Shown piece by piece: positions 22,381-33,660 of a stretch of DNA of 43,231 nt. The stretch lies in the NCBI GenBank assembly GCA_023334545.1, contig JAADVB010000164.1, forward strand, positions 1 to 43,231. The letters run 5' to 3'. The stretch is from Salisapilia sapeloensis CBS 127946 (Eukaryota; Protista; Oomycota). Numbering within the stretch: position 1 is the stretch's first letter; each line of letters opens with the position of its first letter. Under the pieces are notes generated by a model that was not told the origin of the DNA, made no database searches, and was given only the letters and a program-made list of their open reading frames with translations. The translations under genes were made by a program, and so were the position numbers.

Positions 22381-25183
22381 ATGCCAAGATCCATGGGACA
22401 TTCACGCTCATCTTCCATGGGAGAAGACGTCCATTCTTCGCCTGGACGTCGACGCGGTCAGGACACGCAGCCAATGCCCTTAGCTTCCTACATCGAACGA
22501 ACGCGATCTGGAAGTGGTCGACGATCGGGAAGTATCACCGAGAACATTGGATACGATGATGATGTACCGCCACCACCGCCGATGGAAGGCGAAGATGAAA
22601 TAGCTAGCGGAAACGCTACAACAGACCTTGCGGAAATGGCTTCTGGAGACATGAACGCACGTGAACAAGAGCTTTTAATGAATATTCAGGAGATTCAGCG
22701 CCAGCTATCCATGGTGCAAATTCAAACCGAAAAGTCCAAGGAAGATATCATGCCGCCAACCACCGATTCGCAACACCGGTATGACTTTAAGCTGTATCTA
22801 TGCCATATTGTTGATGACTAAAGCCAAATACTAGATTAATTATGGTTTCCAACCGACTACCCATCTCTATGAAGCGTGATGAGACTACGGGTGAATTTAC
22901 GTTCTCCATGTCGTCTGGTGGACTTGTGACTGCTTTGAACGGTATTCGAGACGAGGTGCCGTTCATCTGGATCGGCTGGTTGGGTGAAGAGATTGCACAC
23001 GAAGAGCAGGCTAAAGTCCGTGAAAAGCTCGCGCGCGAGTTCAACTGCATCCCCGTCTTCCTTTCCAAGGAAATTGCCGAACGCTACTACAATGACTTTT
23101 CGAACGACATTCTGTGGCCGCTGTTCCACTACGTCCCACTTCCCTTCTTCCGTCCTGGAAACGAGAAGAAATTCGACTTCCGACTTTGGGACGCATATAA
23201 GCTCGCAAACAAGCTATTTGCACAAGTCGTGAACGAGGTGTTCCGAGAAGGAGACACTGTATGGGTGCATGACTACCACTTGATGATGCTTCCAACTCTT
23301 CTTCGTCAGCGCCACCCTTCTGCCACGATCGGCTGGTTCCTCCACACACCTTTCCCAGCATCGGAGACCTACCGAGCTATGCCTGTCGGTCGTGAGATCC
23401 TAGAAGGTTTGCTTGGCGCCGACCTTCTTGGTTTCCACACATACGACTACGCACGTCACTTTTTGTCAGCCTGTTCGCACGTGCCTGGCGCTGCGTCTTC
23501 GCCAAAGGGAATCGAACTGAACGACCACTTCTCCGGTCTCGGTGTCTTTCCCATCGGTGTCGATCCAGAGCACTTTGAGAAGATTCTGGCGAGCGACGAG
23601 TGCCAGCAGCGCGTCCATGAACTGAAAGAAAAGTTCGACGGTTGCCGCTTGATCATCAGTGTCGACCGCATGGACTACATCAAGGGTATTCCGCAGCGTC
23701 TCTTAGCCATGGAGCGCTTCCTCGCGACGCACCCGGAGCGTCGGGGTCAAGTGGTCATGGTTCAGATCGGTGTCCCAAGTCGAACGGGCGTTCAGGAGTA
23801 CCAGCACTTGGCTGCCACTGTAAACGAACTCGTCGGTCGCATCAACGGTCGCTTCGGCACCTTGAACTACTCCCCTGTCCACTACATCCATCGCCCTGTG
23901 AAGCCCTTCGAGCTCGTTGCCTTGTACAACGTGGCGGACGCGTGCCTCATCACATCCTTGCGTGACGGTATGAACCTCGTCAGTTACGAGTACGTCATCT
24001 GTCAGAATACGCCGTGCGAAGGTCGTCGTGAAGGTCCTGGCGTCTTAATCTTGAGTGAGTTCGCCGGTAGTGCGCAGTCTCTATCCGGTGCAGTGCGCGT
24101 GAACCCGTGGAACTTAGGTGAAACGGCAGAAGCGCTCGAGCAAGCCTTCACACTACCTCTGCAAGAGCGAGAGTACCGTCAGTCCAACTTGTACCGGTAC
24201 GTGAGTAAGCACACGGCGAGTCATTGGGGTAAGAGCTTCTTAGCTGAGTTGGAGAGCACTGTGACCAAGCAGCCTCCTTCCAGCCGAAGGTCAGAGAAAT
24301 TGCCGTCGAGCGACCTGACGAAGGCGTACACGAACTCTAATAAGCGATTGATCGTACTCAACTATGAGAAGACGTTGGAGGAAGAAGGCGCGAAGGGATC
24401 GCACCCACCCATGAAGGCATCGATGAAGAGGCTTTTGGATTCTCTCATGGCGGACCCGAAGAACCTCATACTTGCTGTGAGTGCGTATGACCAAGAGCGT
24501 ATCGAGTCATGGCTTCCGGAGAAGAGCGTCGGCATCGCAGCGGAAGGAGGGTTCTTGTACCGTCTGCCGAACGATGAAGAGTGGACGACCATGTCAAACA
24601 GCGCCGGTGACGACTGGAAGCGTGTCGTGCGTCCGATCATGAAGTACTATACTGAGCGAACCCCTGGCAGTTATATCGAGTCTCGCCAGAGCGCACTCGT
24701 GTGGCAGTATGGCGAGACGGACTCGATCTTTGGTCCAATGCAAGCGCGAGACATGCAGGTGAACATGGAGGACGTGCTGTGCAACTTGCCATTGGAGACG
24801 TTGCAGCGTACGAACCGCGTCGAGGTCCGTCCGCAGGGTGTTTCCAAGAAGGTGGTTGTGGAAGAGCTCTTGAAGAAGCACTGTCAGCCTGGTGAACTAG
24901 ACTTTGTCCTGTGCGTCGGCGATCATTTGGAAGATGAAGACTTGTTCACGTTCTTCCAGAGCGCCAACAAGAGCGGCGTGGAAGCCATGAAGAAGGGAGC
25001 CAAGGTGTTTACATGCGACGTCGGGTCGAGCAAGAGTGAAGCCGTGTACTACCTAGAGCAGCCAGACGACTTGACTCGGATCTTGAAGTGTACGTCTACT
25101 TGTGTATTATAGAATTGGAATCATGTACTAACGTTTGTATAGCACTGTCGTCCTATAGTCGCAAGGGCAGTACGGACAAGTAA
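22381..25183 (+). CDS. TPS1: Trehalose-6-phosphate synthase fused to a TPP-like domain (3 exons)
   Basis: Introns 22779-22834 (HR|LIMVSNRLP) and 25090-25142. GT20 motifs SSGGLV, LWPLFHY, WVHDYHL, GWFLHTPFP, VDRMDYIKG and RDGMNLVSYEY. The C-terminal HAD domain has a degenerate motif I. Confidence 0.95.
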
Positions 25184-25453
25184 GCCGCGGCTTTGTTGAC
25201 AGGCAAGAAGTAAGACTATGAAAGACCATTCTCAGAAATAAACAGAACTGTGGTTCGTCCCAGAGCTGCTTTCGTTGCATTGTAATCCCACGGTCCGTAA
25301 TGTTCGACCCGTGGGTCTGAATATTTGTATTGAATAAACTTAAATTTACGAGACACCTTCTGTTGCTAAACCACGTGCCATGGAGGAAGGTGTAGTTGGC
25401 CGGATTCTCGCTGACCACGCCATTTAACCATCTTCCTCAGCCTTTGAACTACG

Positions 25454-25687
25454 ATGTGCCCTCTTCGCTACTTGTTGCTGCTGATCTCCATCTTTGTGGC
25501 CGTGCTGGGACTTACGCAGGCGTTGCAAGAGCAAAGTGATGAGCTGATTGGAGACGAAAAAGAGCAGGCCGATAAGGAAGAGAAGACGATGGTCCGAACG
25601 CTCATGGACATGCTCAGTGGCAGGTACCTCTACGACGCTTGGACCAAAAGCAAGCGTATTGCTGCAGAGCAAACCAAGTTGGAGTAA
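25454..25687 (+). CDS. Small putative secreted protein (77 aa)
   Basis: Clear hydrophobic signal peptide RYLLLLISIFVAVLGLTQA, followed by an acidic segment. Codon usage looks coding-like, and the ORF sits in its own intergenic slot between TPS and LYRM7. Confidence 0.6.
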   Translation: MCPLRYLLLLISIFVAVLGLTQALQEQSDELIGDEKEQADKEEKTMVRTLMDMLSGRYLYDAWTKSKRIAAEQTKLE

Positions 25688-25916
25688 GCTCCAATCACTA
25701 TTTCACAAGCGGAATATGTAGAAAACTTATAAGAAGATCATGAGCTTGGCGTGAATACACTTACATCGATGTCCGACCTTCTTTTCCCTTGTTATTTTGA
25801 ACACGTTGACTATACGTCTGCACTGACTATTGACTTATACCACTTTATCGTGTACTAGAAGACCAAACATTCGACTGCGAGTACTCCTTCCGATGTAATT
25901 ATATTGATCAAGTGAC

Positions 25917-26288
25917 TTATGGGCGCTCGCAGACGTTGCCACTTCGGACGACGACCGTCTCCTCGCCGCTCTCGGGTGTGATGGGCGTCAAGTGCTCGTC
26001 CTTGCGCATTTTTTCACGCTGCGGGTCCGTGAGCTTGACTTCAAACCGCTCCGAGTCCTCCTTTTGCTTCCCTTGGACGATGTGATGCAGTAGCATGTCT
26101 TCCGCTTCGTCAATTCCTTTTAGCATTTCGTCGACTTTCTCCGCATCTTGCTCCTGGCGATTTGCTTCAAAGTTTTCGCGCAAAGCAACTTGGGCTTGGG
26201 AGATGGCAAAGTTGTCGCCACGGAAAGCAGTGCGACTCGCGCGTAGTAGACGCCTATAGCCACGGAGGACACTCGTCGCCTGACTCAT
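25917..26288 (-). CDS. LYRM7: LYR-motif protein, complex III assembly factor LYRM7/MZM1-like
   Basis: VLRGYRRLLRASRTAFRGDNFAISQAQVALRENFEANR...EAEDMLLHHIVQG matches the LYRM7/Mzm1 pattern (LYR-x-LLR, F-x-GD, NxVQG-like). Confidence 0.8.
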   Translation of the reverse strand: MSQATSVLRGYRRLLRASRTAFRGDNFAISQAQVALRENFEANRQEQDAEKVDEMLKGIDEAEDMLLHHIVQGKQKEDSERFEVKLTDPQREKMRKDEHLTPITPESGEETVVVRSGNVCERP

Positions 26289-26904
26289 TTTGACTGGTTT
26301 AAGTGCTTGTTTTGGACCGTCGAGAAAGCTCGGTTCAAAAAGTTGACTTGGCTTTTGTATGACAACTAGTTAAAAACTGGTCCACTTTAGAGACTGCATA
26401 TTAATGGAACATGTTGGATGAAGTATGTTCATTTCTGTGCGACTCGTATTAATGTTTACAAAGTACCAAAGGATACTCTAATGCAGAAGCTGAAGCTTCA
26501 AGTTGAGTGCAAGCGAAGCAAGAGTATCTTAAGGTGTCTTAAACTGTCTACTTGCAATGCGGACTACCATGCTATAAAAGCACCATTGCGTGGTTGACCC
26601 GCGATTTTCTCCGAATAATGAGTTATTGCCGACGATGCTTGATTCTCGACATGCACCTGGGTTATCAATTACCGGTATTGAAATAATGTACACAAGCCAC
26701 GAGCTAGAGAATGCATGAAAGCAGAAAGACTTGTTCAGTATTCATTCCCATTCATACAATCACACTCTTTTTTGGACTTTGACTAAACTACAGCTTTAAC
26801 ACAAATCCAAGTTTCGTTTGCCTGGAGCTTTACAATCTACTCTGCTCTGGGTAGCGTGTGCTGATGCATCCTACCTCTTCTTGTCTCGAATTTCAAAGCA
26901 CGGT

Positions 26905-27793
26905 TTACAGTAATTTAGCTTTCATCTTCTTTCTAAAGTATCGATCATATCTACGTTGCACCTTTATCCTTTTCATACAAATCTGCCCAATTTCTATCAA
27001 TCTTATTGGAAACCCAAATGTAATTACTTGCTTCGTACTCCGCTTGTTTGGAGCGAGCTGAATATTTTGCTCCATCGGTTTCAACTCCAACCAAGACTCG
27101 AGACCGAAGCGTGAGGTCAGATTACCAATCAACCGGACTTTATCTAGGTATATAGTCATGACTTCGGAAGTACAAGCACTCCTTGTCACAAAAAGTAGTC
27201 ACGGCATTCCTGCAGTAGTATCTCGTCTTTGTTGACCCACTGGAAACAGCCAAGACACAAGTCTGGGTTGTCTAGAGATGTTTTTTTCTACATTGAAACG
27301 AAATACAATGGTAAATGGTCAACTTACAGCAAGAGACGGAGGACTACTAGTTCATTTTGCTTGAGCATGCATTAAAAGCTAATCTAGATGACAAGAGCGA
27401 CTGTGAAGCGCAAGTTGTGCTGGCAAAGTGCAATGAGCTCGGTATAACAGATTGCAGGATCCTATTTACAGGCTGTGCCACGATATGATGTGCGACTTGA
27501 AGTTAAGCGATCTGATGTTGCTACAACCAGCGTTGCATGATCTTCATCTGAGATCGCACTGTCGTTGTACTGCCTATTCAGAATCGATAGATGTCCAAAT
27601 CCAAGCTCTTTCAGTAGATCAGGATCAATTGCATCACGCTCGGCTTTTTCAGTGTCAATGAAGTACTGCCGAATGACCATACACAGGTCTGATGTGAATG
27701 CTCAAGACATAACCTGTAATAGACGCTTGAACACGCGATAGCTCGCGTGGATTGCCAATCCGTACGATTGTTATCGTAACTTTGCCATTCCAT
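26905..27793 (-). CDS. Possible multi-exon hypothetical protein; structure unresolved
   Basis: Coding-like segments (MVIRQYFIDTEKAERDAIDPDLLKELGFGHL...; TSLDNPDLCLGCFQWVNKDEILLQECRDYFL) with GTAAGT/GTAAAT donors and TGTAG acceptors nearby. I could not close a consistent model. Confidence 0.3.
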
Positions 27794-27832
27794 CTACCTC
27801 GTACGTACTACAATGCCATCTACGTCCTCCTA

Positions 27833-27840
27833 CCAATCAG
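27833..27840 (+). promoter_or_regulatory. Candidate CCAAT box (CCAATCAG)
   Basis: Matches the oomycete CCAAT-box core (TGATTGG on the other strand), about 200 nt upstream of the cytochrome b5 reductase ATG in a putative divergent promoter. Confidence 0.35.
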
Positions 27841-28037
27841 CCAACCAACTTGTATTTTTCACTCGCACCCTCCTGATCCTCATTATCAGCTTTGAGATGA
27901 TGCCACTTGGAGTGTCGAGCACTCCTCACTAAAGTATCTGACACAACGTACATATCGATCTGACGTCATACTCAGATGCAGTCATTTACTTCGCCCAACT
28001 TCAAGAAAACACTTGGACCACGAATCCACACTTGAAA

Positions 28038-29010
28038 ATGGACGCGCTAGAGGATCCACGCGTGCTGGTCGGCATCGCGGTCGTTGCCGTCACTGTCGTC
28101 TCCCTCTACTTCTCCAACAGCTTGCCCCTTACTGGCAAACCCAAGGTCGCTCTATCTGGCCCCGATCACGTCGTCCCGTTCACACTGACGGAAAAGGAGC
28201 ATTTGACCCATGACACTCGTCGCTTCCGTTTTGCACTCCCATCGCCGGACCACGTACTAGGACTTCCTGTCGGTCAGCATATCTCCCTTCGATACACTGA
28301 CAGGGACGGAAAGCTCGTCGCTCGATCCTACACGCCCGTCACGTCGGACGATGAGCGTGGCTATATGGACCTCGTCGTCAAAGTGTACTTCAAGGACGTC
28401 CACCCCAAGTTCCCAAACGGAGGCAAGATGTCGCAGTACTTGAACGACATGGAGATTGGCGAACAGATCGATGTCAGTGGACCGAAAGGAAAGCTCGAGT
28501 ACCTCGGCCGTGGCACCATTGCCATTCGCCATCGACCACGTGACGTCGAGCCTGAGATCAAAAAGGCAAGCAAGGTCGGTATGATTGCTGGAGGCACTGG
28601 TATCACGCCGATGCTCCAGATCGTCCGCAAGGCACTCAAGGACCCAGAGTATGTCCATCTCCTTAGCTTATCAAGTTCTTGTGCTCATATGTGATGATAG
28701 AGATAAGACCGAGTTCCACTTGCTTTTGGCTAATCAGACGGAAGGAGACATTCTCTGCCGAGACGAGATGACCGAAATGACCAAGAACCACTCGAACGTC
28801 CACGTCTGGTACACCGTCGACAAGGCACCGAATGACCAATGGCCTTACTCTGTCGGTTTCGTCTCCGCTGCCATGATGAAAGATCATCTGCCAGCACCGG
28901 GAGACGACACTATGATGCTCATGTGTGGTCCGCCTCCGATGCTCAAGTTTGCAGTGTTACCAGCACTCGAGGAGCTGCAGTACTCGCCCAAGATGCACTT
29001 CAGCTTCTAG
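28038..29010 (+). CDS. CBR1: NADH-cytochrome b5 reductase (N-terminal membrane anchor), 2 exons
   Basis: Intron 28649-28700 (DPE|DKTEFHLL). Motifs [67 protein letters not shown] and terminal FSF*. Confidence 0.96.
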
Positions 29011-29093
29011 ACTGTCTACTGCATACGCATGGGTTTTGGTTGTTACATGGTCAAAGAACGAATATCAATCAACTGTGGTTTTCACTCGTCTCT

Positions 29094-31003
29094 TTACGCT
29101 TTAATTTTTCGTGGAGATGTCTCCTCGTCATCCTCGTCTTCGTCCGCTCTCATCTTCCCCTTCTTCGGGCTCGATGCTTTCTTACGGTCTTGTGCCTGAA
29201 GTACTTGAGCAGCAGCTCGCTTCACTCGCTCGCGACTAAGCGCTTCTTCCGGATCTTCCAGCAAAATGTCCAAGCCAGTAGCACGGCGACCTCCGTATGC
29301 GTCGTCCTGATCTAGTTCTTCCGTTGTGAAACCATTGACAGGTAGATGGATGCGCTGGTTGAAAGGCCGAGACGGTCCTACAGTTTCCATCTCCTCCCCA
29401 TTTGAGTTCACATTGGTGATGGTAACCTGGCGGAGCAAACGAGCCAACGTGCTTTCACTCATATGCAGCCACTGTACGAGATTATTTTCCGTCACCTCCC
29501 GGTCTCCAACTACCTTGCCATCCTCTCGAACATACTCTAGCTTGTCCACCAAGTGATTGACGCCAGCTTTGACACTGACCAAGACTTTCTGCAGCCGCTC
29601 GTGCTTCAACTGAACTCGTTCAAGCTTACTCGTCGCAACATGTAACCTCGCTTCTTTCTCTTCTACTATCTTTCTTCTACATGCGCTCTTCATACCGCTG
29701 TACTTAAGCTCCTCTACTCTCTTCTTCCGACGTAAAAGCTCTTCATGAAGCTTCTCCGTCTTATTCTGATTCTCTCTCGACAACGTACGAAGGTGGTCAC
29801 TCGTGGAGCTTTGACTGGTAAGCTTCTGAAGGACTTCATTCACATCACTGACTCCTGTCGCCTCCTTAATCTTCCGGAACGCGTCTTCAAAGATCTCAAT
29901 CTTCGTCCGGTGCTCCTTTTTCTCGTACGTCGCCATACCTCGCTCCAATACGTTGAATGCGAGATTCGCCTTTAGTTGTTGTTCTCCTGCGCCATCCAAA
30001 TCACCCTCCCGAACATCTCGTTCTTTCTTCTTCTTGCTCACGTTCTCCAAGCGAATTTTCACGTATTGCTGTTTTTCTCGTAGCTCTTTTTCACGGTCAC
30101 GTCGAGCTTCTTCGAGCTGACCCCGAGCTTTTTCCAACTCGGCCACAACAACTTCTCTCGCCCGGACAGCATCGGACGATAGAAGCACGAGCTCTTCCAA
30201 GTCGTGATTTTTGGCTGCTACTGCCCTTTCGATCGCTTGTAGCTGGTGGTCAAAACCCACACGCTCTTCCTTTAATCGCTTCACGATCTGCTCATATGTC
30301 TTTCGAATCGATTGCGCCTCATTATATTTGATCATCGCTTTATCGAGTCGATTTTCGAGCGTGCGGATCTTTCGAGTTTCCGCATTGTCCTGGAGCGATG
30401 GGTTCTGAGACTCTAACTCCAAGTCTTTGACCTATAGAAGTAGCAAAAGATGTTAGCATCGAGACATCACGCAAATCGGTAATCGTCGCCCTACTTTGTC
30501 CTTGAGCTCTTCAAGTACAGAAGTCTGACTCTGAATCTTGTGTTTCACCTCGTCATGCTGCTTCCTTGCTTTATTAACCTGCGCGACAAGAGCTGCTAAT
30601 TCTTCACTCGATTCAACACTAGCTCCAAACGGGAGTGCAGAAGCTTGGTTCACTACCCAAATTTCCATAAGTACTAGTATCGCAGTTTCCTATGCCTAGT
30701 CTACCTGTGGTATTAGTCGACGTTAGCTTCACATCAGCCAATTGCTTCCGTAGATCCCGATTCTCTTCTTTCAGTTGTCGAATGTACTCCTTGTTACTCT
30801 GCTTACTACTTTCAAGCTGCTCAACACTACTCTTTCGATCCACCTCTACATACAAACGATCAGTCTCCGATCCATTACACCCGAAACTTTTGTCCTGTAC
30901 GCAATAGCCGCATCTTCTCCTTGAGCTCTTCCACCCGCTCTTCGAGCCTCGCATCCGACTCATGCTCTAGTTTCCGTAGAGCATTCTCATGCTTTGCCTG
31001 CAT
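29094..31003 (-). CDS. CCDC151: Outer dynein arm docking complex coiled-coil subunit (CCDC151/ODAD3/DC1-like), multi-exon
   Basis: IRTLENRLDKAMIKYNEAQSIRKTYEQIVKRLKEERVGFDHQL and FEDAFRKIKEATGVSDVNEV are typical of this family. Upstream exons are joined by GT-AG introns back to ATG 31003. Confidence 0.8.
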
Positions 31004-31122
31004 ATTCCGATCGTCGTCGTGGAAGTGGCGTTTTCGACTACTATCTTTAGTGAAACCTTGAAACCATCAAGTAAAAGCAAACCCAACTCATGTATTCCAC
31101 AATGCAAATTCTGTTGATCTAC

Positions 31123-33477
31123 TCAGGTACAACGCAAGTACCGCAACTCGGGCAACGTATCTATTCGACTCCCTTCAATCCTTTGTCATTCAAAAGCGAT
31201 AAAAACAGTTTCCATACCTTTCAAAAGGTCAATTTGTCCGGCAGTCAAGTGACATCCATAGATCGACAACGTCTGCAGGTTCTTCAGAGCTACTCGACAA
31301 CGATCAAAAGACATTCATCTGTACATGTACAAGATACATACGGTAGAGGTGACGAAGCGACTGGGCCGAGATGCTCGTGTTGCTCAAATTCAGCACCTTG
31401 AGCGACGTCAACGCCCGCAGCATCAAGAGCGACCTCGCATGGACATGTCTATCTTAACACTAAGCCTCCATAAACCACTCCAATACACTATGCACGTACC
31501 GATTCTGACTGAGATTGAGTGACTCGAGCGTCGGGATCTTCGAGATGAGCTCAATGCCACGATCCGTGATGCGTCCACTGCAAATCTCTAGTCGCTTGAG
31601 CTTTTTCAGTGGCACGAGATGAAAGACGCCATTGTCTCCAACGTCTGCTCCGAACAAATCTAATTCCTCTAGGCACGGAAGTGCAGACAGGTGACTTAGC
31701 GACCGGTTGGAGATGTACGGCGTATCCAAATAAAGCTGCTTCAGCTGCTTCAACTGCGCCACGCCAGACATACCCGCATCCGTCACCTCGGTGTTGGATA
31801 TATTCAGCGCTTCCAACTGGGTGCAGTGGTCGCAGATGAGAGAGAAGCTTTCATCAGTGAGAGCTGTTTCCGCCAGTACGAGACGCTTGAGGTGTGTCAG
31901 TTTGCTGATAAACTCCAAGCCTCGTCGAAGGACACGACAGGCGCGGACGTCCAGTTCTTCTAGATCTGGAAACGATGTCAGGACAGCTGCATCGGCCTCG
32001 TCAAAGTGTGTTTGAGCGAGTAAAAGGACACGGAGACGAGTCCATGTCGTGGGAAGAGCATGCACTCGACTGCAAAGTCGTGCATCCAAACGCTGGAGAC
32101 GCGTTAGATTCGAGAGACGAAGCAGACCTTCTGGCTGGATGTGCTTGCAGCCTTGGACGACAAGCGATTCCAAGGACGAGACTTGATCGATACTCTTTAG
32201 CGCTCCTTCCCTATCATTTACATGAATTAAAAGCTTTCCTTTCACAGATACAAGAGCATGTACTTGACGTGGCAGTGGGCAATATTTAAATGCGTGAGAT
32301 GAGGAAAGTTGATTGAGAAGGACTGGAAAGCTGCATCCGAGATACGACTGCAGCGGCTTATATCCAGCTTTTCCAGTTTGGATAGATCCTTTAGATACGC
32401 TAGTCCTTCGTCTGTGATCAGACGACATCCACTCTACATAGAAGAGTATCAGTACAATGGGAAACGTACGTACACTTTGGATCATACCAAGTGCAGTGTA
32501 CGAAGGTTTGTTAGTTGTCCAATAGCTTGGAGGCAAGCGTCGTTGACATTGCGGCAGTTACTTAAATTCAATACTTGTAACTGCTTGGAAAACTGGAGGA
32601 CTTCTAGGACACTTGGGTCGAGCTTTTCACACGAATGGAGGTCAGCAACGACAAGAGACGGTAGTTCATAGATGCCTCTCGATCCTTCCGATCCAAAGGA
32701 TTTGAAATGAGCACAGTCGTGGACTTTGATTGAACGAAGCTGCTGCAGGACATGCAGAGGTATGTCATCAAACCAAGAGCTGGAAAGATTGGACAGATAG
32801 CTCAGATCCCACTCATGTAGGAGGAAAGGAGCCAAGGACTGGAATGAAGGTTTGTACAGCGCATCCCGAGACTTAAGCCACTGAAGTAGTTTCGTGGCTA
32901 ATTCAGACGGAAAAGAGATGGTAGGGGCTTCTTCTGTTGAAAAATAAGAGCATTCGACATCACCAAACAAGAAGACTTGCTCTACTGGCGTTATGAAGCA
33001 ATCGGGATCCTCCAGTAGATTCTGCGCCACCTTCCGAAGGCATAATTCGACCAACGATGCTGGCCGATAGGTACCATTCTCAGTGCAAATGCAATAATCT
33101 CCACTACGAATACGCTTGGCAAACCCAGCGTAGCTACCGCTTTTCTTTAAAGCCTTGGTCCCGCAGCTTCCACTGGCGTGAGATGCTTGTCCATCGACGG
33201 GCGTTGGAGTTTCTGATAACGCCCGATCCGAGCGTTTGACGAAAGGGAATGGGAATTGGACGTAGTTGAGTAGAGTACGGTTGGTCTCGCGCATCGAGCG
33301 ATGGCGAGTCGCTTGGAATGGAGGAGCGGAGGAAGTGAGCTGAGGAGAGGACGAGGAGGCTTGACGCAGCATCGTCCGGCGTTGACTCGGATTGCGCATA
33401 CTAGGCGCCGACGCAGCGTTGCGGAGGGCATCATGCTCCTCGAACGTGGGCTGGCAACGACAGCAGACACCTCCCAT
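31123..33477 (-). CDS. Leucine-rich repeat (RNI-like) protein with N-terminal acylation motif, about 6 exons
   Basis: Starts MGGVCCRCQP, then SLVELCLRKV and many LxxLxLxx(N/C) repeats (LQVLNLSNCRNVND, LEELDLFGADVGD, LKRLEICSGRITD, LESLNLSQN). Five GT-AG introns close the frame to ...LRYLRCT* at 31123. Confidence 0.85.
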
Positions 33478-33660
33478 CTCGGTCAGCTTCTTCTTCCGTT
33501 GGACTGACAGAAGTTTCGATTGTAACTGTTCAAGATTTCCGACACTACTATTTTGTATGGTTTCTTCTGTAAAGTGGAACTTCAAGGTAAAGTCCGAGCA
33601 ACAGCCTTCTATTGAAACGTCTGCGAGAGGTCAATCGCTACGATTTTACATACCGTTCTT

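Noticed and set aside
25454-25687. RxLR-dEER effector interpretation of the small secreted ORF
   Set aside because: An acidic stretch is present but there is no RxLR-like motif.
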